A DNA stretch of 64,000 nt from Tubulanus polymorphus (Eukaryota > Animalia > Nemertea), in the NCBI RefSeq assembly GCF_964204645.1, contig NC_134034.1, positions 8,692,962 to 8,756,961 of the forward strand, in the 5' to 3' direction. Position numbers and translations under genes: made by a program. The notes beneath the pieces are model-generated. The model did no database searches. It saw only the letters and a list, made by a program, of their open reading frames with translations, and was not told the DNA's origin. This document shows positions 39,211-51,885 of the stretch, in pieces (positions within the stretch are counted from its first letter, which is position 1; each line of letters begins with the position of its first letter).

Positions 39211-41720
39211 TTGAAAATAAATGAATTGTCTGAAGAAATCACAAAGAAGTACACGGAAATCAAAGAGCTCAGAGATCAACTAAGTCAATTTTATTCAGCA
39301 GATATACTTAAAATCAAATCCGGTACACTAAATACAGATATATTTCAAGCATCACCACTTGTAACCACTAATTCACGTTTGTCAACCGGTACGTTTACAA
39401 AATTAGAAATGCCAACTATTAGTTCAGCGTATGCATCGAAAAAAACATTGGATCAAAGGGCAAAAAAGATTAAACTGATTTTAGAAAAGATATCTTCAAC
39501 TACTCCATCACACCGTGAAATCGCTATGACTTTATCAAGTTTCATAAAGAAATATCCCGACATCATAAAAATGGCCTTCGATGAAGTAGGTATGGCATTC
39601 TTCAAAACATAGATCCATCCCAAGCAATTGAATTAAAACTTCGGCTACGACTCCCTATGAATACATTTCTTGACCTGAAAAGAATTTTAGAATACTACAG
39701 TATACCAATCTTTCCCGCGTCAGCAAAAATCAGGCAAGAATTGCTAAAACGACAATCATTGTTCACGTCATGCGTTAAAGCTGGAGAGGAATTGCTAGAA
39801 GTTAACAGCCGAACCCATGAAAAAAAATGTGCCCATATGTGTCTGTTACTTCTGTGAAAACACAAATCGAGCGTTCTGTCGAGAGATTAAGTGAAGCACA
39901 ACAGTTAGATCAATCAACTCGTTTTCACAGCGAAATATGAGTCAAAGTTGGGGTAGACAAAGGCGGCGGAAGCACTAAAATGGTACTCGCAGTAATAAAC
40001 AGGCCATCTCCAAATAGCCCAGATTCCTCCGAATTAGTCAGCTTCTTCGAAGGGGTCGACTCAAACGAAAATATGAAACAGATTTTTTGTCATTTTCGGA
40101 CCGAGATTGACTCTATCGAAAGCATCACTCTGTATAATGAAGAAATTATCATCGGGATATTTTACATGGGGGACCTCCACTTTTTGTGCCGGATGATGGG
40201 TCACCAAGGCAGTGCATCTACGTATCCTTGCCTTTGGTGTGAGGTAAAACTTGATGACCTCCGAAACTAGGGGTCCAGGGACACCATGCCCACTTGGGAA
40301 GTGGTTCCAAATGCTCAACAATCTAACAATTTCAATATTCAACGCCCCCTGGTGACCATATACAAAAACCAATGAACTTGAAACTCACCACAATCATAGA
40401 ACATGTCAGCAGCTACGATTTTGAAATTGATTGTGATAACAAAATATGCCTCCTTTCCAATATAATATGGAAATACTAAGTTATTCTACTATTTAACGCC
40501 CCCTGGTGACCATATTCAAAACCCAATGACCTCGAAACTTACCACAATCATAGAACATGTCATGAACTACAACTTTGCAATTGATCATGGTAACAAAATA
40601 TGCCTTGGTACCAATATAATAAGGAAATATTAAGTTATTCTACTATTCAACGCCCCCTGGTGACCATATAGAATAACTTAAAACTCGCAACAATCATAGA
40701 TGATGTCATGAGCTACAACTTTCCAATTGATTGTGGTTACAAAATATGCATAGGTACGAATATAATATAGAAATGCTAAAATATTGCATTATTCAATGCC
40801 CCCTGGTGGCCATATACAAAATCCAATGACCTTGAAACTCACCACAATCATAGAACGCGTTTTGAGCTACAACTTTCTAAATGAGTGTGGTAACAAAATA
40901 CGCTTAGGTATCAATATAATGTGGAAAAACTTTTTCCCACTTACGAATGAGTACTGGTGACACCAAGATGGCCGCAATTGCGTCATAATTGGCTGATGAA
41001 AAATACCCGTCTCAGGTATAAAACATCCCTTTCCAAAGAACACCCATCACAAATTGCAATGAGAAATGGTAAACCAGTAGGAAGCTACAGGACTCAGAAT
41101 TCGGGCCAAAATTAACATTTTTGGGCACTAAAAAGGTCACAGGATGGCCATCTTGAGTCCGATCGACCCAATTTTTGTTATGCTGATGGGCCCTGGGGGG
41201 ATTCATATAAATCCGAAAGATACAGGTAATTGATCAAAGCGTCTTCAAAATTTCCCTCAAAAAGTTCAAAAATGTGTAAAAAGTGCTGATTTTGGCGAAC
41301 AACAATGGCTGCCAGTCGGCCATCTTGAATCTGACAGGACCAGTTTTTGGGCTGAAGATGTGTCTAGTGTAGATACATGTGTAACTAAAATATCAAGACA
41401 TTACCTTGAAGCGTCTTCAAAACTTCCCAAAATAACTGGATTCCGTCTATGGACGGACGAAAAGTGAACGCAATAGCCCGCTGGGACTAGATCAATCTTA
41501 CCCCTAAAGATCTATAGCAACATACATACAAAATGCTAAAAAGGCTGAAAATTTCCCTCATTCTATCGGGGCTGACACAGGTAATATTCAGAGCGATATG
41601 CTTCTTGAGCCTCTTGATTTAGGCCACCTAGTTCCTCCTGGTCTACATATTTCCCTTGGTTTAGGACTTATGTTCTGCTGTCGCGAAATCGATGAAAGCT
41701 CTCTCGAAGAACGTAATCCT
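39211..41720 (+). pseudogene. RAG1/Transib/Chapaev-superfamily transposase core, interrupted by a HINE and 3'-truncated
   Basis: VKVGVDKGGGSTK (D at 39956), FYMGDLHFL (D at 40172), GHQGSASTYPCLWC, and after the insertion PPGLHISLGLG (H at 41646); upstream helical segments resemble RAG1 NBD/DDBD. Confidence 0.75.
40320..41489 (-). mobile_element. HINE/DINE-like non-autonomous element with four ~150-bp subrepeats
   Basis: Subrepeats start at 40337, 40491, 40645, 40791; 41080-41489 is the reverse complement of 62435-62742; ggac microsatellite and partial terminal hairpin. Confidence 0.8.
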
Positions 41721-43545
41721 GTAAATTGCGGCGCACCAATCAGTATCATTTGAAGTATTGAAAATCCACAGCCTCATTTATAGACGGACGACGCCATTTG
41801 ATAAACGCGTATATTTGGATTCTAGAAAGTGTCTTTTTGACCGAATCTGACTTACTGACAAAGTCAGAAAAAAATGACATCAGAGTACGTCTGGTTTGAA
41901 GTTCGGAAATCGGAAGTAGAATTACGTCACACGAAAATCCGGCAGCGAAGTAACTAAAATCCGGCAACTTTTGGTTCGGGTGATTTCAGAATGTATTTTT
42001 TCGTGAAATTTCTACCAAGATTGGATCGTTGAATCGTTTGACAATGAACCGCGTTGATCGAACGAGTTCAAAATAGCTGAAATTCCCTTAGCAACCGGAG
42101 CAAATTCATAATAACAAACGCGCCCGGTCCAGCATCACGCACGGGTTTGAATCTTGGAGAATAACGCTCTAGCGCGCACGTACAGCAGTTTGTACAATTG
42201 TTATTATTTAAATGTATTGTATTGTATTGAATATTTTGAGGGGGCAGCATGTTTTATGAAAATCTATTTACTGTTGTTTAATTTAAGATGTTTACTGTAT
42301 AAAGATATTGTGTATTGATATGTTGTATAGATGGGGGGTGGGATCACTTACTTAAATTCGTATTTTCAACCGGTTAAATATCCGTTGATTTCGGCCATGC
42401 TGGTAGTGTCCGTAGCACGCGAGTGGCGGCGCTATCAGCTGGTGTTGGTTTGCTGTCATGCTAGTTGTTGGGCTAGCAGGGATGCTACGCCGAGCTGCCC
42501 GTTGTCATGCTGGGATCAACCGATCATTATTTAACGATATTAACTGTTTGTCAGTCGTGTTGACTCCCGATAATCGTGATCGACGGCCTGCTCTGCTGAC
42601 ATATTTATTATGATCTTAGTCCCTTAGTTATACGCGTTAGTAAAAGACGTATCGTCGTACCTCAGTCGTACGTTTGTCTGTTTTTGAAAACAGGATATTT
42701 AGATGGTTTAACACTACGCTACTATAAAGAAACGAATTAGATTTTGAATAGAGCGATATTTTATTAGGAATAATGTAGATTTGTAAATATATAAATATTG
42801 TGTACTCTAATTTATAGAGTATTCTCAATCGTTAATAATAATTTCATACAGTTTTAGACTAATCTATTGGTGATTGTCAGAATCTTAACAAGGACTGAGG
42901 AACAATTCTTTTCGTATCAGGCCGTTTTAAGATAGATTTATATTTATCGGTGGTAAAATGCCACCGTGGAGACGAATAGCAGAGGACTATTTAGTAGGGA
43001 CTTAGAGCCTACAGCCCATGAGGAGGGAGAATCGATGGTAGAATATTGGACTGCCATTAGTATGAAGTGAGGGGTACGAGATTATTCTAAAGACCGGTCG
43101 AATGTAGGGTAGATCCAGGTATAATTCGGGGTGGCCAACCCAATTATATGCTGTGGGCCTTACGGGCATGTAAGAGACATGTTGCAGAGGATAAGCGTAT
43201 ACAGGAAAATAGATTATTCGTGCTCGGTGTGCACGACCTGTATACACTAGATTAGAATTTTCATATCGTGGCTATTTTTATATATTTATCTCTCTCGGTT
43301 TCCCATGAGGATCATCCCTTGCGGCGAGATATTAGTTATTTCCTTTTTGATTTCACACCCAGAAATCATTCAACGTGAGCGAACTCCGTAGCGGGCTTAG
43401 AAGATAAGATTTTTACCTGTTTAGACATCCTGACAAATTAGATGGTTGCCGATTATATCAACGAATTTATGAGACGAGCAGAAGAACGACCGCCATATTT
43501 AAAGAGAGAAGGCAGCACCTCCTTGCCCCCGTTTTCTGCTACAAT

Positions 43546-43563
43546 TGGTGTCAGATGTCGGAT
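43546..43563 (+). promoter_or_regulatory. Primer-binding site, tRNA-Leu-like
   Basis: TGGTGTCAGATGTCGGAT, 2 nt after the LTR end. Confidence 0.75.
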
Positions 43564-43702
43564 GATTCATTTTTTGAGATTCCAGATTGAGAGATATTTT
43601 TTTGTATATATAGTCTCGCAAGATAACTGATACATATTTTAGTAGATTCTGACAAGTTCCCTTCAGATAGAGTCGATAAGTTTAGTATAAGTTTAATATA
43701 TA

Positions 43703-46700
43703 GTGGTACGTGTAGTGGTACAAACGTTCTCTGGCGAGAGTCACGATGGAACATGGTCTCGAAGTAGTGGTTTGGCGGATGTAGGTAGAACAAGTTCTCC
43801 CGGTTCCCGCAATGTAGAACCAAATGTGATCTGTAAGATAAAACCAGAAAATTATTCAGGTGACGGATCATGGCAAGATTATAGATTACAATTTGAAACA
43901 GTATCAAGAATCAACCACTGGTCAAACGAGGTTAAAGCCGATTTCCTGTTTGCTTCATTACGAGGCGCGGCTAGACAATTAGTTTGTACCAAGTTGGTTG
44001 ATACGGAAAGATTAGAGTATCAAGAAATCTGTAAGATTTTAGATGCAAGACTTGGTTCAGGGGATTTTGCTGAAGTCCATCTGGCCGAACCGCGCAATCG
44101 AAAACGTAAGAGACATGAAAGTTTAAAAGAATTGGGACAAGCAGTAACAATACTGTGTGCTCAAGCATATCCTGAGACAAGCTAGCCAGAACCCATTTCA
44201 TTGAAGCATTGTCTGATGGTGAGATGAGAATGAGATTATGGCAATCAGATGTAAAGAGTTTTGATGAATTGATCTCGTACGCGTTGCGTTTAGAAAGTAT
44301 ATATATAATGGAATCATCATATGATAGGTTTCCAAGAGAAACGTATGTAAGACAAGCGATAGTTTCAGACGAAGTTTCTGAGCTTAAGTAAGAAATGGCA
44401 AGTTTAAGAGAAGATGTGCGACGTATGTGCAATAGTCGTAGAGATAATTATAAATCTCAGTCGACACCATATAGAGCAAGTAATAACGTAGTTCGTTATA
44501 ACTGCCAACAAAAGTGTCATATAGCAAGACAATGTACACAGCAGCCTTTAAACTGTCCCGCGCCGTTCAAAAGGGAGTAGGTTCGGCTAGAGTAAATAAA
44601 GCAAGTCTCCCAAAGAATTTAGAGATTCAAGATAGACAAAATAATGATGATTCTAAAGTATACGTACTGTCCAAAAATGATAAATCACAATCAGCGATTT
44701 ATTTGTCAGCAGTAGTACACGGAGTGTCTGTGAAGTATCTGGTAGATACCGGTGCTCATAACACAATCATCAGTAATCGTTTGTATACTGAAATTATAAA
44801 GAATCACAAGATAAAATTAGAATAATCAAATATACAACTCTATGCAGCTGATCATAGTAGTATTGGAGTGAGAGGTACAGCGGTCATTCCCTTAGGTCTA
44901 TTTGGTAAAAATGTACCTTGGGAAGTGATAGTGACTGAGATTAAAGAAGACGCTATTCTAGGAATGGATTTTCTGACAGCATATGATTGTCATATTCATT
45001 TAAAACAGCGGACAGTGACTTGTCAAGGTCATCAAATTCAGGAGGAGTCAATAGCTCCTATTCATGAGAACACAATATTAATTAGATCAACAGAAAGAAG
45101 ATAAAGGTCCCACCTTTATCTGAGATAACTGCGTCGGGCTATATCGACGAGAAAGATAAAGGGTACTTAGGCAAATGGGCGATGTTAGAATCGAACCACA
45201 ATTGGAAGTTAGGGCCCGAAATGTGTGTAGCACGTAGTGTAGTGGATACAGAGAAATCACAAATATTGGTTAGAATCGTAAATTTAGGCGATCAGCCGCG
45301 AGTATTGTATAAAAATACCTCTATGGCTAAGATTTCAAGAGTGAGAGTTATATGGTCACAGGAAGAGACAAGTGTCAAATCAGATCAAGTTAATCAAGTA
45401 GAGAGTAAAGAATCTCTAGAATAGGCCTATCTAGAAGACTTAATCAAGCGTAGTTGTGAGGGTTTGAGCCCAGAACAATCTAGAAAAGTGCGAAATTCAA
45501 TTGTGAAATACACAGATGTATTTGCGAAACCGGATACATATTTAGGGGAAGCGAAAGGAGTTTACCATACTATAGATACTGGTTCAACGCCACCTATCAA
45601 ACAGCGATTTCGGCGATTACCATTAGCGAAACAAGTAGAATTAGATAAACTTTTGAAAGATATGATGGATTCCAAAGTGATCCAGAATAGCCAATCACCA
45701 TGGAGTGGTCCAATAGTATTGGTGACTAAGAAAGATGGTAACCTTAGATTTTGCTTAGACTATCGGGCTTTAAACGAGTGTACAGTGACAGACTCCTATC
45801 CATTACCTCGAATTGATGATACGATAAGGTCGTTATCAGGAGCCAAGTATTTCTGTGGAGCCGATCTTCAGGCAGGTTACTGGCAAGTTCCATTATCGCC
45901 TAAAGACAAAGAAAAGACTGCATTTGTAGTCCCGCAAGGTTTATATCAATTTAGAAAAATGCATATGGGTCTAAAGAACAGTGGCCCTACGTTTGAGAGA
46001 CTCATGGAAAGAGTTCTAGAAGGCTTATTGAACGACATAGTCCTAGTTTATCTAGATGATGTCATTATATTTGGCAAAGATTTTGAATTGACTTTGACGA
46101 ATTTAGAAAAAGTTTTTGAGCGCCTATGAGCAGCAGGGTTGAAACTCAAGCCGAAGAAATCTCATTTCTTCAAAAGTAGTATTGAATTTTTAGGGCATAG
46201 CAATACGGAGATAGGAACAGTTTTTTCCCAAATTCAGGATGGAAAAGAAAGGGTGATAGCATATGCAAGTCGCACGTTAGCCAAGCCTGAAAGAAATTAT
46301 TGTGTAACGAGACGAGAATTGTTGGCTGTAGTACCATTCATTAAGCATTTTAAATACTATTTGATGGACAAGCGTTTCACTTTGAGAACAGACCATGCCT
46401 CTTTAAAATGGTTAATGTCATTTAAAGAACCAGAGGGACAGATAGCAAGGTGGATATCCGTATTAAGTACTTACGATTTTGAGATCATCCATAGGCTAGG
46501 CAAGAATCATGGTAATGCCGATGCATTATCCAGACAAGAGTGCACACAATGCGATCGTATCACAAGAAAGAATGAGGGCGACTGTAATGAAACGAGAAAG
46601 AGTAGAGTAAACAACTTAGTATCAGAAAAAGATATAACTGAAACTCAATATACGTATAGTCAATTTGCTCCAGAGGGTCATTGGCTACCTACGAATATAT

Positions 46701-48072
46701 CACAGGCTCAGCGTAACGATCCTGAGTTCAAGTGGATATTTCTGTGTATTGAAAACAATGGTAAACCAGAATAGTCCGATGTGAGCGAATTAGGCAAGGA
46801 CGCAAAATTCTATTGGGCTAGGTGGCAACAGTTTAAGATTATAGAGGATGTTTTATACATCTGTAAACAGAGAGAAGGATTCAGTGAATCCGTTTTACTA
46901 TTATTACCGAAAGATTACAGGGAAGAAGTTTTACACAGTTTACATAATTCTATAACTGTTGCACATCTAGGGGTTCGTAAAACTTTAACAAGAGTGCACG
47001 GCCGTTTTTATTGGCATCACATCCGGCAAGATGTAAGAACGCACTGCTTGTGTTGTTTTGTATGTGGTGCTTGAAAGACACCGACAGTGAAACCAAAAGC
47101 TAGCTTACAGTTATACAGAGTGAGTCTTCCAATGGAAAGAATAGCCATGGATATTTTGGGTCCATTGCCTACTTCACGCAACTTAATGACCTATATATTA
47201 GTAGTTTGTTATCATTTCACGAAGTGGGTAGAAGCTTATGCTTTACCAGATCAGAGTGCAGAAACCGTAGCGTGTAAATTAGTAGAATTTATATTGAGGT
47301 TTGGGAAGAATAATTCATACAGATCGAGGTGCTAACTTTCAATCTAGATTGATGAAAGAATTATGTGCATTATTAGAAATAAAGAATACTAGAACGTGCG
47401 CGTATCATCCACAGTCTGATGAATTGGTCGAACGATTTAATAGAACTTTATTGAATTGTTTGGCAATGACAATCCATGATGATCAAGAAGATTGGGATGA
47501 GTGCCTACCTTACGTAACTATGGCGTACAGAGCCACGAAATATGACGCCACGGGCTATTCTCCTAATCACTTGATGCTTGGAAGAGAGGTAGATTTACCA
47601 ATCGATGTGATTGCCTTCTCAAGTAGAGAAATCTTATACCGCGTATAGCATTTCTTTGAGTAAATGTCTTGAACAGGCATTCAAAGAAGTACGTTTTCAT
47701 ACCGTACGTACAAGAAATAAGAAGAATTACGATATTAGAACGAAGGATAGTAAATATCTGAGCAATGATTTAGTGTGGTTATTTAATCCAACGGTTCCGC
47801 AAGATTGATCCAAGAAATTAGCAAATAGGTGGTTAGGACTCTGTATAGTTAAGGGAGAAGTAAACGATGTAGTATACAAAATACAATTGCCGGATGAAGG
47901 TGTAGAAAAGACAGTACATTATAACAGATTAAAGCCATATATGGCGACTATAGATAGAGAGAATAACAAAGAATATACAGTTCAAGATGAAGAGTATGAG
48001 ATTTCAAGTGACCAGACAACAAGAGGGGGGCGGGTAGTCCGAAAGGCACGCCGCTGGAAAACCGAAATGTGA
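43703..48072 (+). pseudogene. gypsy gag-pol (many stops; RT-RNase H connection deleted)
   Basis: KPENYSGDGSWQDY gag, CCHC remnant, LVDTGA, RFCLDYRALN..YPLPRID..YLDD, TDHASLKWL, HLGVRKT, HTDRGANF, ERFNRTL. Confidence 0.95.
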
Positions 48073-48096
48073 TTTTATATTTTTAGCTTAAAGAAA

Positions 48097-48786
48097 ATGG
48101 CTCCTACTTTCGAGAAATTATGGAAATGCTCGTACTGCATGCGCTCGTTATCGGAAGGTACGAACAAGCGAAGGCATCTAAGAAACTGTAGAAATAAATC
48201 ATCTAGGAAGGAAAATACATGTACACCCGAAAACAGAGTATTCCAGTGCACGCTGTGTGAATTCAATTCACACAGTGTGAGCCTGCTAAAAGAGCACGTC
48301 GAAAAAAAAATCCAAAAGAATGCAGTCAAAGGACATTCAGGCAGATTTATACGCACAGTAGAACCTACGGAACGATACGATCGCGAATTATTACCATCAA
48401 TTCCTCGTTCAATCATACAAAAAGTACCAACAGACACTAAAATAACTCAACTGGAACCCATTATAGAAGTACCAGAAATCTCAATCGACGAACTTTTAGA
48501 GATAACCGGAAACTGGCAGGAAGAAACATCAGTACTAACACCAAGTGTGAGTCCTTTTAATAGCCCACAGAAGACCATTAGAAAAGAAAATTTCCAACCA
48601 AAAACTTCAAATCAAGACGCAAGACCATGGACGATTCCATTAATACCGGTAGATGTTACGTCCGACCCGAGAAGGAAGATGGTTGAACATCGGCATGTTA
48701 GAGAGATGTTTGGGGGGGAATTCGTATTAGTTTATCCGGTTGGAAGCAAGGTAGAATGTGAATTTTTTAATATTTTGAAGTTTTAA
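48097..48786 (+). CDS. Extra gypsy ORF3 with two N-terminal zinc-finger motifs (229 aa)
   Basis: Open ORF between the pol stop and the PPT; CSYC..RRHLRNC and FQCTLC..LKEH. Confidence 0.7.
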   Translation: MAPTFEKLWKCSYCMRSLSEGTNKRRHLRNCRNKSSRKENTCTPENRVFQCTLCEFNSHSVSLLKEHVEKKIQKNAVKGHSGRFIRTVEPTERYDRELLPSIPRSIIQKVPTDTKITQLEPIIEVPEISIDELLEITGNWQEETSVLTPSVSPFNSPQKTIRKENFQPKTSNQDARPWTIPLIPVDVTSDPRRKMVEHRHVREMFGGEFVLVYPVGSKVECEFFNILKF

Positions 48787-50359
48787 TCAAATTGTCATAC
48801 AATGTAATTATTTTCTGGACGAGGACGTCCAGAGCTGGAGGGGGGGGGGGGTAGTGTAGCGTTTGTACAATTGTTATTATTAAAATGTATTGTATTGTAT
48901 TGAATTGAATATTTTGAGGGGGCATGATATATGTAAATCTATTTACTGTTGTTTAATTTAAGATGTTTACTGTATTCAGATATTGTGCATTGATATGTTG
49001 TATAGATGGGGGGTGGGATCACTTACTTAGATCCAGGTATAATTCGGGGTGGCCAACCCGATTAGGCCTATATGCTGTGGGCCTTACGGGCATGTAAGAG
49101 ACATGTTGCAGAGGATAAGCGTATACCAGAAAAAAGGTTATTCGTGCTCGGTGTCCACAATCTGTATACACTAAATTAGAATTTTCATATCGTGGCTAAT
49201 TTTATCTCTCTCGGTTGCCGATTATATCAATGAATTTATGAGACGAGCAGAAGAACGACCGCCATATTTGAAGAGAGAGGGCAGCACCGCCTTGCCCCCG
49301 TTTTCCGCTACACAGTCAACCCCAGCCGCAGTCACTGAAATATCTAATTATCTTATCAAATTAAATGACTCTATAACAGCGATGAGAGTCGCGTTAGACC
49401 GAGTCGTACGATTTCCTAAAAATTTCACGGCAGCGTGACGGATCGCCGATCGGTCTCGCTCGAGCAGCAGCAACAACATCACGGTCGGCAACAACTTAGT
49501 CTCCGCCCCTTCTTTCACCAAATAAGGAATTCGGTACTGCTAGCCACTTCACCCAGTCCTGAGAATGGCCGGTTCGCAGAGCTCCATATACTGCCTATAC
49601 TAAAGAACTCGCGTGAACCACCCACCCAGTCACGTAGTCGTTATTTAACGTCAAAATTGCCGACTAGCGCTCAGTCGGCACTTTAACCACTCAGTACTCG
49701 GCAACTACTCATCCGATTTCAATAAACAAACTACCTACACTGACCTTATGTTGTTATCTTTTCATTGTTTACACTCCAAAGAATATATTTGAATTTCAAG
49801 TGGCTGGAAATTGCCTCAAGAAATATTTTAGTACCACTTTTGTTTTACTAAAAAACGGTTCCTCGCGAGACTCACCCGCATGAAAAAATCAATATCTTAG
49901 CAACACAACAATAGATACCGCTTTGCGCAACTCGTGGATATTTGACAAGTCATGAAAAATCGTTTCATACACAAAATATGATGACAAAATGACTAAATAA
50001 ACACAACAGTAAGAGCAAGAAAGATCAGAGGTTTGCAATGTTTATTTTTTGAAATCGTAGTGATGATATAATTAGAGTTGAATTAAAAAGAATTTAAAGT
50101 CACCGCGTATATGGCTTCCGCGACTTAGTGTCAGGGGTCGCGTTAGCGATATACCACTGACACTAAGGTTCTCAGTGAACTAGCCACGTGCACTGCTTAT
50201 TTACTTGAGCCATAGATTCCCGGTACTCGACATTACCGGAGGATTAGAAACAAATAAATATTTTTCGTAAGAGAAATCAATTTTTGTATTGTGGCGAAAA
50301 TTGTCTATATCTGGGGTGGGTTTGACCTCAAAATGTCGGTCTTTGGTGAAATTATATTA

Positions 50360-50859
50360 CTGTCTGTCACACATGCTCTTCGTGCAACGTTTTGGTCCGT
50401 AATTTCGTTAATAATCGGTTGATCTGTAAATTTTATGCATCAATATGTTCAGTAAGGAATTTGCATTCAGAAATAAATCATGAACTGGCAGAAATTTGTT
50501 TGTGTTTTCTTCTATCAGCGATAGTTTACCTAGCATACGCTCGCGTAATGCTAAAAAACGGCTTTTATGGCCCGTCACGTGGCGCCACCTACTGTATTTT
50601 GATATGCAAATGAGCAGGTGATGACGTCACTGTAACGTTTCCGAGCGTCCGCGAAGCGGATTTTTCAGCATTACGCGAGCGTATGCTGAGTAAACTATCG
50701 CTCATAAATGAAAACAAAAACAACTTAAGTGAAAATTGTTGTTTATTTCTGAATGCAAATTCCTCACTGCACAAATTGATGCATAATAAAGGTAGATAAA
50801 CCGATTATTAACGAAATTACGGACCAAAACGTCGCACGGAGAGTAGGTGTGACAGACAG
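50360..50859. mobile_element. MITE with ~200-bp terminal inverted arms and TA flanks (Tc1/mariner-like)
   Basis: ta|ctgtctgtcacac ... gtgtgacagacag|ta; arms complementary over ~200 bp. Confidence 0.88.
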
Positions 50860-51784
50860 TAGGCCTGTGGCGAAAATGGACCCTGTTTCTCTTTAACACC
50901 TCTAGGCTCTGGTTCATTTTTGTTTCAGCACCTCATCCTTTCCTCCGATATCTCCGGGTGGGGCGATTTTATTTGTATATATTTATATGTATCTGTTTTC
51001 TATGGTTTAAATTTGTAGTATTAAAATTTGGACACTGTAAAGTTTTTCGGGCGTCTCGTTACGGTCTATTCGCGTTCGGGTTGGGGTTTGCGATCGGTTT
51101 CTGTCGGGAAATAGCACGATCACATTTTTGTTATTCGGCTCTTATCGCAAATTCGCGCTATAACATTCGAGTTACTTGCCTGTAGTCTATTCTTTTGATA
51201 TCGTTTTTCAATTCAGACTCGCCGTTTGGTAATGTCATAATCCTATTTTCATCATATTTACGTAGTTTGATTTGTTTTCTTCGGCTCCTCGCTCGGCGAG
51301 TTGAGTTTTGTCGCACCGCTAGACGGCTCACTATTCTTGCGCGCGTACATCAAACTCGGGTTTGATATTCGAATTTCGTTTTTATCCTCTTTAATGTATT
51401 CTTTTGGTATTTTTAGCGCGTGTATTGACTATATTGAATTTCTGGGAGCATTAATCTTCCTGTTTTCTATTTTATTCGCGTTCTATTTAGTGCGCGCTCT
51501 TGGCCTACTTCGCGCGTAGTGATATCACTACTGGCCAATGAGCGCACTCGGATTCCTATAAAAGGCGGGTCGTTCGAGCGTGTCGGACATTCCTGTCGGA
51601 CATTCCGATCTTTGGTATGGTCACGCGTCACACGCAGAATTCTGACTTTGCTATCGAGAACACAAAGTATATTCAAGATGTAAGAGATTGATCCTTCCTA
51701 TCTCGCCTTCGGGTTGGATATGATCATCTTGCCCAACCCGAAGAGAACAAATTAATTATTCGCGTTAACTTACGTACGATCGTC

Positions 51785-51885
51785 TGGCCGAGTTTGATTT
51801 TCGGCTGAGTTTGATTTTTGGCTGAGTTTGATTTTCGGCCGAGTTTGATTTTTCGGCCGAGTTTGACTTTTCGGCCGAGTTTGAT
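51785..51885. repeat. 17-18 bp minisatellite (~6 copies)
   Basis: tttcggccgagtttgat units. Confidence 0.9.

Larger units (their letters stand above)
42190..49312 (+). mobile_element. Ty3/gypsy LTR retrotransposon, decayed
   Basis: 5' LTR ~42190-43543; 3' LTR 48855-49312 (tgtagcg..cgctaca); PBS; G-rich PPT ~48832-48854; likely TSD CAGT (42186-42189, 49313-49316). Confidence 0.93.

Noticed and set aside
41720-42185. RAG2-like partner or RSS-like TIR beside the RAG1-like relic
   Set aside because: No kelch repeats, PHD or heptamer/nonamer arrangement recognisable; the PHD at 23132 is 16 kb away beside a different gene
31288-43563. tRNA-complementary stretches as tRNA genes
   Set aside because: Only 11-18 nt primer-binding sites next to LTRs; no cloverleaf
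43442-49438. Duplicate short ORFs MRRAEERPPYLKREGST
   Set aside because: Translations of the two gypsy LTR ends
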